This document shows positions 1 to 7,931 of a stretch of DNA of 21,203 nucleotides, piece after piece. This stretch comes from Tolypothrix tenuis PCC 7101 (GTDB lineage Bacteria; Cyanobacteriota; Cyanobacteriia; Cyanobacteriales; Nostocaceae), in assembly GCA_002368295.1 (NCBI GenBank), contig AP018248.1, positions 4,204,151 through 4,225,353 on the forward strand, written 5' to 3'. The position numbers and the translations under genes are program-made. Each line of letters opens with the position of its first letter. Within the stretch, counting starts at the first letter, position 1. The notes under the pieces were generated by a model. That model did not search any database and was not told the DNA's origin. It saw nothing but the letters and a program-made list of their open reading frames with translations.

Positions 1-293
1 TATTGAGTACTGCGCTCTTCTAGTTGTCCTTTGAGAGACTCAATTTGTTGAGTCAATGCTGCTAAAGCTGCTGCTTGCTCTTCAGTTTTATCAGACGCTG
101 CAACACCATTGTCAGGTGTGGCTGATGTATCTCCTGATACATTTGTTGTGGCTGCTACTGGCTCAGTCACCTCGCTGCCAGATTCGTTAAAGTTGATTTG
201 GGCTGCGGAGTCGCTCATCATTGCTTGCTTTACCTCTATTGGTTCACCCAATTGCTGGCTTGTATTGTTTACCTGTTTATTTTCGTCTATCAT
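1..293 (-). CDS. grpE: Probable GrpE nucleotide-exchange factor, N-terminal part only (gene continues beyond the left edge)
   Basis: Hand translation of the minus strand from ATG 293..291 is open to position 1 (97 codons): MIDENKQVNNTSQQLGEPIEVKQAMMSDSAAQINFNESGSEVTEPVAATTNVSGDTSATPDNGVAASDKTEEQAAALAALTQQIESLKGQLEERSTQ. An in-frame TGA lies upstream of the ATG. An acidic low-complexity N-terminus running into a coiled coil ending LEERSTQ(Y) is how cyanobacterial GrpE proteins begin. The diagnostic FxNFRKR core would lie outside the window, so the call is tentative. It is missing from the ORF track because it has no stop inside the window. Confidence 0.45.
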   Translation of the reverse strand, partial: MIDENKQVNNTSQQLGEPIEVKQAMMSDSAAQINFNESGSEVTEPVAATTNVSGDTSATPDNGVAASDKTEEQAAALAALTQQIESLKGQLEERSTQ

Positions 294-562
294 TGTCCAC
301 TCATCCCAGATACTATTTACGGCAAGATTTCACCACACAAATTCAGGTGGTTTTCTTGCTCATACTTTTCCTGGAGTGATGTCACCGTCATCTTATTGTG
401 ACAAATGGTGAACCTATTAGCGTATATGCTCCTAGGGCGGTAACCCGAACGTCGTTGCTGGAGTGAGATGCGATCGCCTTTTACCTCAATTATTTTACTT
501 ATAAGTTATTTTTTTTACCATATTGAGCATGAGTATGGAGCGTTTGTTATTTGGTATTTCTC

Positions 563-592
563 CCCATTACCCATGACCAATTACCCATTACC
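563..592. repeat. STRR-like tandem heptamer array (unit CCCATTA, about 4 units, degenerate)
   Basis: Read directly: cccatta cccatga ccaatta cccatta cc, in the divergent grpE/pilB spacer. Confidence 0.6.
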
Positions 593-710
593 TAGCCTCC
601 ATCTCTCAGCATGAAAAATATTTAGTGATAATTTATTCACTGTAAATGAGAATTCTGTGGCACAGCCTGGGAATACTTTATTCAGAGGTTTTCCCTACCA
701 TTGCTCATAT

Positions 711-2726
711 ATGACTTACTCGTCACCGCAACGGCGCAGTACCGCTCTAACCACAAAAACAGAGTTTTCGCCCTTTGGCAACAAGCTAGTACAGACTGGC
801 TATGTTAATAACGAACAGATGAGACAGGCACTCATTGAAAGCCGCAAATCTGGCACACCTTTAACAGAGGTGCTGGAGTCAATTACCGGGCGGCAACTCT
901 CACCTGAATTAGTTAGACAATACAAAAAACAGCAGTTATTTGAACTAAAAATACTATACGGGGTTGAATTCCTTGATCCGGAAGTCAACCAACTTGCTAA
1001 TACGATGGTGGGGAGGTTAATTGAAACCCTCATTCCCGTAGACATTTGTCGTCGCCATCGCTTAATCCCACTATCAAAACATGACGACCAAACCCCACCT
1101 TGCGTTTTGGTGGCGATGGTCGATCCGGATAACCTGGAAGCTTCAGATGACCTCAACCGCATCTTGCGCCCACAAGGTTTAGCTTTGCAGCGCATGGTAA
1201 TTACCCAGGAAGATTACCAACAGCTGATTAATCAATACCTAGATGAACTCGCAATTAGGCAAAAACATCTAGAACAAGAAAAGTTTACAGATATTAATCA
1301 AGATTTAGAAAACCTGAATAATCTTGATCTCGATGATGCTCCTGAAGATATGGAGGCTGATTTAGGAGCAGCGATGAAGGGTGCAGAAGATGCACCAGTC
1401 ATTAATCTCGTGAATAGAATTCTGGCTAAAGCCTTGCATGAAAAGGTTTCGGATATTCACATTGAACCGCAGGAAGAAAATCTCCGCATTCGTTTTCGTA
1501 AGGATGGGGTGCTGCGTCAAGCGTTTGACCCCCTACCGAAAAAAATCGTGGCGGCGGTGACAGCCAGGTTTAAAATCATTTCTAGCTTAGACATTGCTGA
1601 GAGACGGTTACCCCAAGACGGACGTATCCGGCGGATGTTTGAGGGACGTAAAGTGGATTTCCGCGTCAACACCTTACCCAGTCGCTACGGGGAAAAGATT
1701 TGTTTGCGGATTTTGGATAACTCCTCAACTCAACTCGGATTACATAAGCTGATTACTGACCAGGAAACCTTAGATATTGTTAAGGACATGGTCAGCCGTC
1801 CCTTTGGGTTGATTTTGGTTACAGGCCCTACTGGTTCTGGTAAAACCACCTCGCTGTATTCAGCATTGGCAGAAAAGAACGATCCTGGAGTCAACATCAG
1901 TACAGTAGAAGACCCGATTGAGTATAGTTTGCCAGGGATTACTCAAGTACAGGTAATTCGGGAAAAAGGACTAGATTTTGCTACCGCTTTGCGGGCTTTT
2001 TTGCGGCAAGACCCAGATGTGTTACTCGTAGGTGAAACCAGAGACAAGGAAACTGCCAAAACAGCGATTGAGGCAGCCTTAACAGGTCACTTAGTATTGA
2101 CCACCTTACACACCAATGATGCCCCAGGTGCGATCGCGCGTTTGGGAGAAATGGGTATTGAACCTTTCATGGTTTCTAGTTCTTTGATTGGTGTGTTAGC
2201 ACAACGGTTGGTTCGGCGTGTTTGTCCCGATTGTCGTATTCCCTATACTCCTACAACCGAAGAACTGGCTCGTTATGGTATGTCTGCTTCTCAAGAAGTG
2301 AATGTCACTTTCTACAAAGCTAATTCCTTGCCCAACGAAACCCAAGCGGAAGCGAAAGCCAGCGGTCAACAAGTATGCTCCACTTGTAATGGCGTTGGCT
2401 ATAAAGGGCGTTGTGGTGTTTATGAAGTGATGCGAATCACCGAAAACTTGCAAACTCTCATCAACGAAGAAGCACCAACGGAACGGATTAAGGAAGTAGC
2501 AGTAGAAGAAGGGATGAAAACCTTGCTGGCGTACAGCTTAGATTTAGTACGTCAAGGCTCCACCACCCTAGAAGAAGTTGAGCGAGTCACCTTTACTGAT
2601 ACCGGTTTGGAAGCGGAATTAAAAGCTAAACGCAAGAGTGGTCTAACGTGCCGCACTTGTGATGCCACATTACAACCAGAATGGCTAGATTGTCCCTACT
2701 GTCTGACACCTCGCTTTACTGATTAG
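711..2726 (+). CDS. pilB: Type IV pilus assembly (extension) ATPase PilB, GspE family
   Basis: The ORF spans 657..2726, with GTG at 657. The first ATG at 711 gives MTYSSPQRR and is used here. Motifs: Walker A GPTGSGKTT (1824..1850), LLVGETRD, TGHLVLTTLHTN, and the tetracysteine motif CPDC...CSTC. There are N-terminal GspE-N-like segments. pilT and pilC follow directly. Confidence 0.92.
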   Translation: MTYSSPQRRSTALTTKTEFSPFGNKLVQTGYVNNEQMRQALIESRKSGTPLTEVLESITGRQLSPELVRQYKKQQLFELKILYGVEFLDPEVNQLANTMVGRLIETLIPVDICRRHRLIPLSKHDDQTPPCVLVAMVDPDNLEASDDLNRILRPQGLALQRMVITQEDYQQLINQYLDELAIRQKHLEQEKFTDINQDLENLNNLDLDDAPEDMEADLGAAMKGAEDAPVINLVNRILAKALHEKVSDIHIEPQEENLRIRFRKDGVLRQAFDPLPKKIVAAVTARFKIISSLDIAERRLPQDGRIRRMFEGRKVDFRVNTLPSRYGEKICLRILDNSSTQLGLHKLITDQETLDIVKDMVSRPFGLILVTGPTGSGKTTSLYSALAEKNDPGVNISTVEDPIEYSLPGITQVQVIREKGLDFATALRAFLRQDPDVLLVGETRDKETAKTAIEAALTGHLVLTTLHTNDAPGAIARLGEMGIEPFMVSSSLIGVLAQRLVRRVCPDCRIPYTPTTEELARYGMSASQEVNVTFYKANSLPNETQAEAKASGQQVCSTCNGVGYKGRCGVYEVMRITENLQTLINEEAPTERIKEVAVEEGMKTLLAYSLDLVRQGSTTLEEVERVTFTDTGLEAELKAKRKSGLTCRTCDATLQPEWLDCPYCLTPRFTD

Positions 2727-2771
2727 TCAAACATCAAAAGTCAAATAACAAACAACTAGGGAGACGAAACT

Positions 2772-3896
2772 ATGGAGATGATGATTGAAGATTTGATGGA
2801 GCAGATGATTGAAATGGGGGGTTCGGATCTGCATTTATCCGCCGGGTTACCACCCTATTTCCGAATTAGTGGCAAACTCACCCCCATAGGCGACCATGTA
2901 TTGACTGCGGATCAGTGTCAAAGGCTGATCTTTAGTATGCTCAACAATACTCAGCGTAAAACTTTAGAGCAGACCTGGGAACTGGATTGTTCTTATGGTG
3001 TAAAAGGCTTGGCGCGTTTCCGCGTCAATGTTTATAAGGATCGTGGTTCCTACGCTGCTTGTTTACGCGCCCTCAGCTCCAAAATTCCCAACTTTGAAAA
3101 ATTAGGGTTGCCAGATGTAGTCCGGGAAATGACAGAGAAGCCCAGAGGACTGATTTTGGTAACAGGGCCTACTGGTTCTGGTAAAACCACTACCTTGGCA
3201 GCAATGATTGACTTGATTAATCGCACCAAGGCGGAGCATATTTTGACTGTAGAAGATCCAATAGAATTTGTGTATGAACCAATTAAAAGCTTGGTTCACC
3301 AGCGACAACTTGGTGAAGATACTAAGAGTTTTGCTAATGCTTTGAAGGCAGCTTTGCGGGAAGATCCAGATATTATTCTGGTTGGGGAAATGCGGGATTT
3401 GGAAACGATTTCCTTGGCGATTTCTGCGGCGGAAACAGGTCACTTAGTATTTGGAACTTTGCACACCAGTTCAGCTGCACAGACTGTTGACCGGATTATT
3501 GACGTTTTTCCCCATGAAAGACAAACCCAGGTACGGGTGCAGTTATCTAACTCCTTGGTAGCTGTGTTTAGCCAAACTTTGGTACCAAAGAAAAACCCCA
3601 AACCAGGTGAATATGGTCGGGTCATGGCTCAAGAAATTATGATCATTACTCCTGCTATTTCTAACTTGATTCGCGAGGGGAAAACATCTCAAATTTACTC
3701 TGCAATCCAAACTGGCGGTAAGTTAGGTATGCAAACACTAGAAAAAGTTTTAGCTGATTATTATAAAGCTGGAGTTATCTCCTTTGAAGCTGCTATGTCT
3801 AAAACTTCTAAGCCTGATGAAATTCAACGTCTCATTGGTGGTGCACCACAAGCAGCAGGTGCAAAACCAGCTGCTGGTGTTGCTAAAGCTCATTAA
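2772..3896 (+). CDS. pilT: Twitching-motility (retraction) ATPase PilT
   Basis: 374 aa. Motifs: Walker A GPTGSGKTT (3165..3191), ILVGEMRD, TGHLVFGTLHT and PAISNLIREGK, which are typical of PilT/PilU. An AGGGAGA Shine-Dalgarno sits 7 nt upstream of the ATG. Confidence 0.93.
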   Translation: MEMMIEDLMEQMIEMGGSDLHLSAGLPPYFRISGKLTPIGDHVLTADQCQRLIFSMLNNTQRKTLEQTWELDCSYGVKGLARFRVNVYKDRGSYAACLRALSSKIPNFEKLGLPDVVREMTEKPRGLILVTGPTGSGKTTTLAAMIDLINRTKAEHILTVEDPIEFVYEPIKSLVHQRQLGEDTKSFANALKAALREDPDIILVGEMRDLETISLAISAAETGHLVFGTLHTSSAAQTVDRIIDVFPHERQTQVRVQLSNSLVAVFSQTLVPKKNPKPGEYGRVMAQEIMIITPAISNLIREGKTSQIYSAIQTGGKLGMQTLEKVLADYYKAGVISFEAAMSKTSKPDEIQRLIGGAPQAAGAKPAAGVAKAH

Positions 3897-3949
3897 TGAA
3901 GCATAAAAATCAAGGTGCAAGGGAGAACAAGATAAATAATTAATTACTG

Positions 3950-3977
3950 TTGACCCTTGACCCTTGATATTTGACCC
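3950..3977. repeat. Tandem heptamer array (unit TTGACCC)
   Basis: ttgaccc ttgaccc ttgatat ttgaccc, in the pilT-pilC spacer. Confidence 0.6.
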
Positions 3978-4003
3978 TTAAACTATTTTAAATTGATTAA
4001 TCT

Positions 4004-5224
4004 ATGCCTACCTATGTTGCCCGTGTGCGGGACTCACAAGGAAAATCTAGAACAGAAAAATTTTCGGCTGAATCATTAGCTCAAGCCCGTACTAATCTGA
4101 GAGACCAAGGTTTAGTTGTTCAAGACTTGAAAGAGTCTAAGGGCGGATTCAGCTTTGATTTGCAGAAATTTCAGACATCAATGGTCAAAGTTACTGTGAA
4201 GGATAAAGCGGTTTTCTCTCGCCAATTTGCTGTTTTGACAAATGCAGGTGTAGCGATTGTTAGAAGTTTGGGAGTACTTTCTGAGCAGTGTAGCAATCCT
4301 AAATTAAAAGTCGCTTTGAATGATATTAGCAATGATGTTCAAAGCGGGACAAATCTTTCCGATGCTATGCGGAAGCATCCTGATTGCTTTGATAATTTGT
4401 ATGTCAGTATGGTGCAAGCTGGGGAAATTGGTGGGGTGCTAGACGACGTATTAAACCGATTAGCGAAGCTGTTAGAGGATGTAGCACGCCTACAAAACCA
4501 AATCAAAGCGGCATTATCTTATCCTGTGGTTGTTGGTGTTTTAGCAACATCAATCTTTGTTGGGATGACTGTTTTCCTAATTCCAATTTTTGCCAAAATA
4601 TTTAAAGACATCGGTATAGATTTACCTCCTTTAACACAATTTTTGATGGATTGTAGTGCAATATTACGCAGTTTATGGTCTGTCGTAATTATTGCTGGAT
4701 TTATCGGTTTATCGATTGCCTATAAGCAGTATTATAAAACTGCTGTTGGTAAACTAACTATCGACCGTATTTCTTTAAAGGTGCCTTTATTTGGTGATTT
4801 GATTCAAAAATCATCAGTTGCCCGCTTTAGCCGTACTTTTGGGTCATTGACTCGTTCTGGTGTACCTATCCTTACTTGTTTAGAAATTGTCCGGGATACA
4901 TCAGGAAATCAAATTGTTGCTAATGCTATCGATGCCGCCCGGATAGAAATTCAACAAGGAGGCATGATTAGCGCTGCTTTGCAAAAAGAAGCAGTGTTTC
5001 CCGCTATGGCAATTCAGATGATTAGTATTGGTGAAGAAACCGGGGAATTAGATGGAATGTTAATGAAAGTTGCTGACTTCTATGAAGATGAAGTTGAGCA
5101 AGCAGTTAAAGCATTAACTAGTGTTTTAGAACCACTAATGATTGTGGTTTTAGGGGGTATGGTCGGTACAATTTTGTTAGCAATGTATCTGCCTATGTTC
5201 AAGGTATTTGAAAAGATGGGCTAA
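4004..5224 (+). CDS. pilC: Type IV pilus inner-membrane platform protein PilC (GspF family)
   Basis: 406 aa, starting MPTYVARVRDSQGK. It has a duplicated GspF-type architecture with hydrophobic segments (YPVVVGVLATSIFVGMTVFLIPIF, LEPLMIVVLGGMVGTILLAMYLPMF) and sits after pilB-pilT. Confidence 0.92.
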   Translation: MPTYVARVRDSQGKSRTEKFSAESLAQARTNLRDQGLVVQDLKESKGGFSFDLQKFQTSMVKVTVKDKAVFSRQFAVLTNAGVAIVRSLGVLSEQCSNPKLKVALNDISNDVQSGTNLSDAMRKHPDCFDNLYVSMVQAGEIGGVLDDVLNRLAKLLEDVARLQNQIKAALSYPVVVGVLATSIFVGMTVFLIPIFAKIFKDIGIDLPPLTQFLMDCSAILRSLWSVVIIAGFIGLSIAYKQYYKTAVGKLTIDRISLKVPLFGDLIQKSSVARFSRTFGSLTRSGVPILTCLEIVRDTSGNQIVANAIDAARIEIQQGGMISAALQKEAVFPAMAIQMISIGEETGELDGMLMKVADFYEDEVEQAVKALTSVLEPLMIVVLGGMVGTILLAMYLPMFKVFEKMG

Positions 5225-5240
5225 GAATGTCTAAAGGCTA

Positions 5241-5277
5241 AAGGATGAAATTATCTCATAAGTCAGATTTCATCCTT
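5241..5277 (+). terminator. Hairpin after pilC (possible weak terminator or processing site)
   Basis: An 11-bp perfect stem AAGGATGAAAT / ATTTCATCCTT with a 15-nt loop lies 17 nt after the pilC stop. No clean U-run follows (ATACCTAACATTTTC). Confidence 0.35.
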
Positions 5278-5327
5278 ATACCTAACATTTTCTAATTCAT
5301 ATTTCATAGTTCATCTTTCACAGAAAT

Positions 5328-5885
5328 ATGCCTGTGCAAAAATCTGATTACGAAGCTAGCTTGGCGGAGTATAGTAATCATCTGACTGCGATCGCTTTAT
5401 TAAAACAGCATCGACCTTACTTAGAGATGGTTCCTAGCCTGCGCCGTCCAGATGAAAGTGTGATCGCCATTCCTTTGCCTATTGTGCGTTTGCGGCAAAT
5501 TGAAACAACAGCCACCCACACAACTTGCTTACCCTGCGATGTAGCAATTCTGATGTGCGATCCTGAGTGGAAAGTGAAAACGGGAGCCGAGATTGTAATT
5601 TTTATTCATCGTCCCCATGAAGACTTTTCGGAATTATTGGGACGTTGGCGACAAACTCAAGTTCTCTTAGACACAGATTATGAGTGGCTGATGCCTGAAC
5701 GCCACAGTCATATTTTGAGTGAAGGAGCTAATACTGTATATCCTTTATTTTTACTTTTTAGTGAGACTTCAGAACGCATTCAGCGAGGTCTTTTAGGAGC
5801 AGAACTGCCATTTATTATCCAAAAACCCCAACCCATTTTTGAAGAGGAAAGCAGGAATGAAGAGGGTTTAGAGATTATGGATTAG
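5328..5885 (+). CDS. Hypothetical protein (185 aa), no family recognised
   Basis: Clean ATG-initiated ORF co-oriented with pilBTC, 103 nt downstream of pilC. A strong palindromic hairpin follows it. No motif was recognised by eye. Confidence 0.55.
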   Translation: MPVQKSDYEASLAEYSNHLTAIALLKQHRPYLEMVPSLRRPDESVIAIPLPIVRLRQIETTATHTTCLPCDVAILMCDPEWKVKTGAEIVIFIHRPHEDFSELLGRWRQTQVLLDTDYEWLMPERHSHILSEGANTVYPLFLLFSETSERIQRGLLGAELPFIIQKPQPIFEEESRNEEGLEIMD

Positions 5886-5932
5886 GAACTAGAGTGATGT
5901 GAAAATTAATTCTGCTTTGCATGAAATCTTTG

Positions 5933-5960
5933 CTAGGGGCGAACAGCTGTTCGCCCCTAG
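5933..5960. terminator. Bidirectional terminator candidate: perfect 28-bp palindrome between convergent genes
   Basis: CTAGGGGCGAACAG|CTGTTCGCCCCTAG is its own reverse complement and GC-rich. ATTATTTCT follows it on the plus strand. It lies between the stops at 5885 (+) and 6023 (-). Confidence 0.6.
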
Positions 5961-6022
5961 ATTATTTCTAGAGATGTTTAGGAGTGATTAGATTCAGACA
6001 GTGAAATCACAGACAAATTCCA

Positions 6023-7051
6023 TTACTTCACAAATTGAGGCATAATTTCTGCGGCGGTAAAGATGCCATAGATGCCACGTTGATGCAATTGTTTACCTGC
6101 TTTGAGATAGCCAAAAGCTGGGCCGCAGACGTTGGCTGCCATGCTGGTTTCATCCCCTAGGGTAAAGGTATGGGTAGAAATTTTACCTTCAAAAGTACGC
6201 CCTGTGACTTTAACGTTTGTACTGAGGGGCTTTTTGGGATTACGTGTATCGACTACACCCCCAACAGTAACGCGATCGCGCCCTACTATGCCGGCAAACT
6301 CTAACATTACATCATCGGCGTGTTCCATATTCTCTAAGGTAAGCACGCCATTGGTTTTATCTAGTAAGGCTTCTACTTCTGCGTCGGTCATCATTCTGGC
6401 TGCTTCTACTGTATAACCAGGCATATGACCAATATCTTCGCGAACGGTGGCGCGATAAGCTTCCCAATTGGCAATTCCCACACCAAAAGTAATTTCCACT
6501 TTGTGAATTTCGGCGTAGCTTTGGGCGGCTAAGGCGGCAGCGGCTGTTAATAGTCCTGGTGTTGCACCACACCCTGTCATGTAAGTAATTCCCGCAGCTT
6601 CTAGTTCTGCTTTCATAGATAGCAGTTGTTCTACGGCAGTGGTACGCTTAATTGCATCCACCAATACACCCCGCCAGCCAGATTTAATAAATTCTTTGGC
6701 TACTGAGGGAATAAAATCATTAGGCAGGTTGGGTAAAGCTAGAAAATAACCATCTACAGGTTGAGCGCTGGCGATTAAATCTTGAATACTATTGTTTGTT
6801 AAAGTGCCTACAGGCTCTAAATAACCTAAAGAACCCTGAGCTTGGTAGGTTTGAATGCAAGCATCTGTTTTTAAACCCTCAGCAGCATAGGCGTAACCCT
6901 TTTGATCTGCTGCTGCGACTAAAATCATTTCCCGTTTACCAGCCAGTACCTTGGCGGCTGCTTGTCCGAGTCCACCGAAACCCAGTACTCCTACGCGTAT
7001 CGCTGGTGAAATATTTAGAGAACTTTTGACTTGTTCTGGATTCATAGTCAA
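6023..7051 (-). CDS. NAD(P)-binding oxidoreductase, saccharopine-dehydrogenase-like / DapDH-like
   Basis: 342 aa. An N-terminal Rossmann motif ([14 protein letters not shown]) and a central [13 protein letters not shown] resemble the G-x-DPG segment of saccharopine and meso-DAP dehydrogenases. The family assignment is from memory of cyanobacterial annotations. The substrate is unknown. Confidence 0.55.
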   Translation of the reverse strand: MTMNPEQVKSSLNISPAIRVGVLGFGGLGQAAAKVLAGKREMILVAAADQKGYAYAAEGLKTDACIQTYQAQGSLGYLEPVGTLTNNSIQDLIASAQPVDGYFLALPNLPNDFIPSVAKEFIKSGWRGVLVDAIKRTTAVEQLLSMKAELEAAGITYMTGCGATPGLLTAAAALAAQSYAEIHKVEITFGVGIANWEAYRATVREDIGHMPGYTVEAARMMTDAEVEALLDKTNGVLTLENMEHADDVMLEFAGIVGRDRVTVGGVVDTRNPKKPLSTNVKVTGRTFEGKISTHTFTLGDETSMAANVCGPAFGYLKAGKQLHQRGIYGIFTAAEIMPQFVK

Positions 7052-7237
7052 TTTGTAGAGTTGAATCGACAGCCTTTATCCTTCAGCATTTCAGCTTGTG
7101 GCCTGTGGCTGATGGCTTTTAGCTATAGAGGTTAATTATCATTCATTATCCGGGGTTCTACCATTCCTAAAATTGTTTTTTACTAAAATTTCTTGGTAAG
7201 TACTTTTTGGTTAAGGGGAAAAAGGGGAATGGGAAAA

Positions 7238-7265
7238 GGGAAAGGAAAAACCTTTAACCTTTCCC
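7238..7265 (-). terminator. Possible terminator of the HMA gene
   Basis: On the minus strand, GGGAAAGG..CCTTTCCC (8-bp stem) is followed by TTTTCCC. It lies 33 nt downstream of the stop at 7298. Confidence 0.35.
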
Positions 7266-7297
7266 CTGAATTAGTTGATGTCAGTATTTCTGAAAAA

Positions 7298-7492
7298 TTA
7301 GGTAGCTGGATAGCCAGCAGCAGCTAATGCTTCTTTAACTACTGTTTCTGAAGCTTGAGTATCTATAGTGACAAGCTTAGTTTGAGGATCTGCTTGAATA
7401 TTTGCATTGGCATCGACTACTTTAAGTGCATTGGTAATGTTATTTGCACAAGCCGAACAAGCCATATTGGGAACTGTGAGTTGAAGTGTCAT
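7298..7492 (-). CDS. Heavy-metal-associated (HMA) domain protein, CopZ/Atx1-like metallochaperone
   Basis: The track ORF starts at TTG 7501. The ATG at 7492 gives MTLQLTVPNMACSACANNITNALK, with the M-x-C-x-x-C metal-binding loop at the canonical position of a roughly 64-aa ferredoxin-like HMA fold. Confidence 0.75.
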   Translation of the reverse strand: MTLQLTVPNMACSACANNITNALKVVDANANIQADPQTKLVTIDTQASETVVKEALAAAGYPAT

Positions 7493-7520
7493 AAGTTTCA
7501 AATGTTGAAGAAATAATTAA

Positions 7521-7691
7521 TCAAGACCAGGCTTGATACCATTGCTGCATCTGTTGAATTTCAGCAGTTTGCGATTAGATGATAGCTTGAGCGAGGTCAA
7601 GAATTTGTGTATGGTTAGCGCGATCGCCAACCATCTGTGCCATCATTACAGATGATTCATGGTGAGGAATCATTTGCCGGATCAATTCCAT
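7521..7691 (-). pseudogene. DUF305-like (CopM-type metal-resistance family) fragment with an internal TAA
   Basis: Hand translation of the minus strand from ATG 7691 gives MELIRQMIPHHESSVMMAQMVGDRANHTQILDLAQAII*SQTAEIQQMQQWYQAWS*. The internal stop is at 7577..7575 and the final TGA at 7523..7521. The pattern MIPHH..A..MA ... LA..II..Q..EI..M..W...W is the DUF305 repeat signature as I recall it. Only one repeat unit is present and no signal peptide is visible. Confidence 0.5.
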
Positions 7692-7768
7692 ACTTATCCT
7701 AAACTCTCTAGTCAGGTGGAGAGTCTAGCTAGATTACAAGCATTTTTGGAAAAGTTAATATTTATTGG

Positions 7769-7826
7769 AAGTCGGCGGGAAACTCCATCCCCTTGTGGGT
7801 GTAGAGGGATAGCCGCCCGCCGACTT
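7769..7826. repeat. Inverted-repeat element (11-bp arms) enclosing copy 1 of a 22-nt dispersed core
   Basis: The arms are AAGTCGGCGGG (7769..7779) and CCCGCCGACTT (7816..7826). The interior carries AAACTCCATCCCCTTGTGGGTG (7780..7801), which recurs perfectly at 7899..7920. Confidence 0.6.
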
Positions 7827-7827
7827 G

Positions 7828-7851
7828 GGGCATTGGGCATTGGGCATTGGG
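7828..7851. repeat. STRR-like tandem heptamer array (unit GGGCATT x3 plus GGG)
   Basis: Read directly: gggcatt gggcatt gggcatt ggg. Confidence 0.7.
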
Positions 7852-7858
7852 AACTCTT

Positions 7859-7893
7859 CCCCATTCCCCATTCCCCATTCCCCATTCCCCATG
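7859..7893. repeat. STRR-like tandem heptamer array (unit CCCCATT x4 plus CCCCATG)
   Basis: Read directly: ccccatt x4, then ccccatg. Confidence 0.75.
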
Positions 7894-7897
7894 CCCT

Positions 7898-7928
7898 AAA
7901 ACTCCATCCCCTTGTGGGTGGAGTTTTT
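7898..7928 (-). terminator. Intrinsic terminator of the lpxB-related gene (bidirectional A-tract/hairpin/T-tract type)
   Basis: AAAACTCCA (7898..7906) pairs with TGGAGTTTT (7919..7927), with further C-G pairs inside. On the minus strand the GC-rich stem is followed by UUUU. It starts 4 nt after the stop at 7932..7934. Confidence 0.55.
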
Positions 7929-7931
7929 CAT

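Noticed and set aside
109-411. Plus-strand ORFs 109..411 and 198..401 from the track
   Set aside because: They are antisense shadows of the minus-strand grpE-like reading frame (1..293). Their products are Cys/Phe/Ser-rich with no protein-like features.
294-710. CIRCE (HrcA) operator in the grpE/pilB divergent spacer
   Set aside because: No TTAGCACTC-N9-GAGTGCTAA-like inverted repeat is present. Only a HIP1 site and a heptamer array are there.
800-3625. Minus-strand ORFs 800..1195, 2196..2453, 3102..3443 and 3440..3625
   Set aside because: They lie entirely inside the well-supported pilB and pilT frames on the opposite strand, which makes them typical shadow ORFs.
6132-7029. ORFs 6132..6416 (+), 6357..6572 (-) and 6796..7029 (+)
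   Set aside because: They overlap the 342-aa oxidoreductase frame, in alternative frames or antisense, and carry no motifs.
7780-7920. Possible CRISPR array (two identical 22-nt repeats, plus the heptamer arrays elsewhere)
   Set aside because: There are only two copies, 119 bp apart and separated by simple heptamer repeats. The heptamer arrays have no spacers. No cas genes are present.
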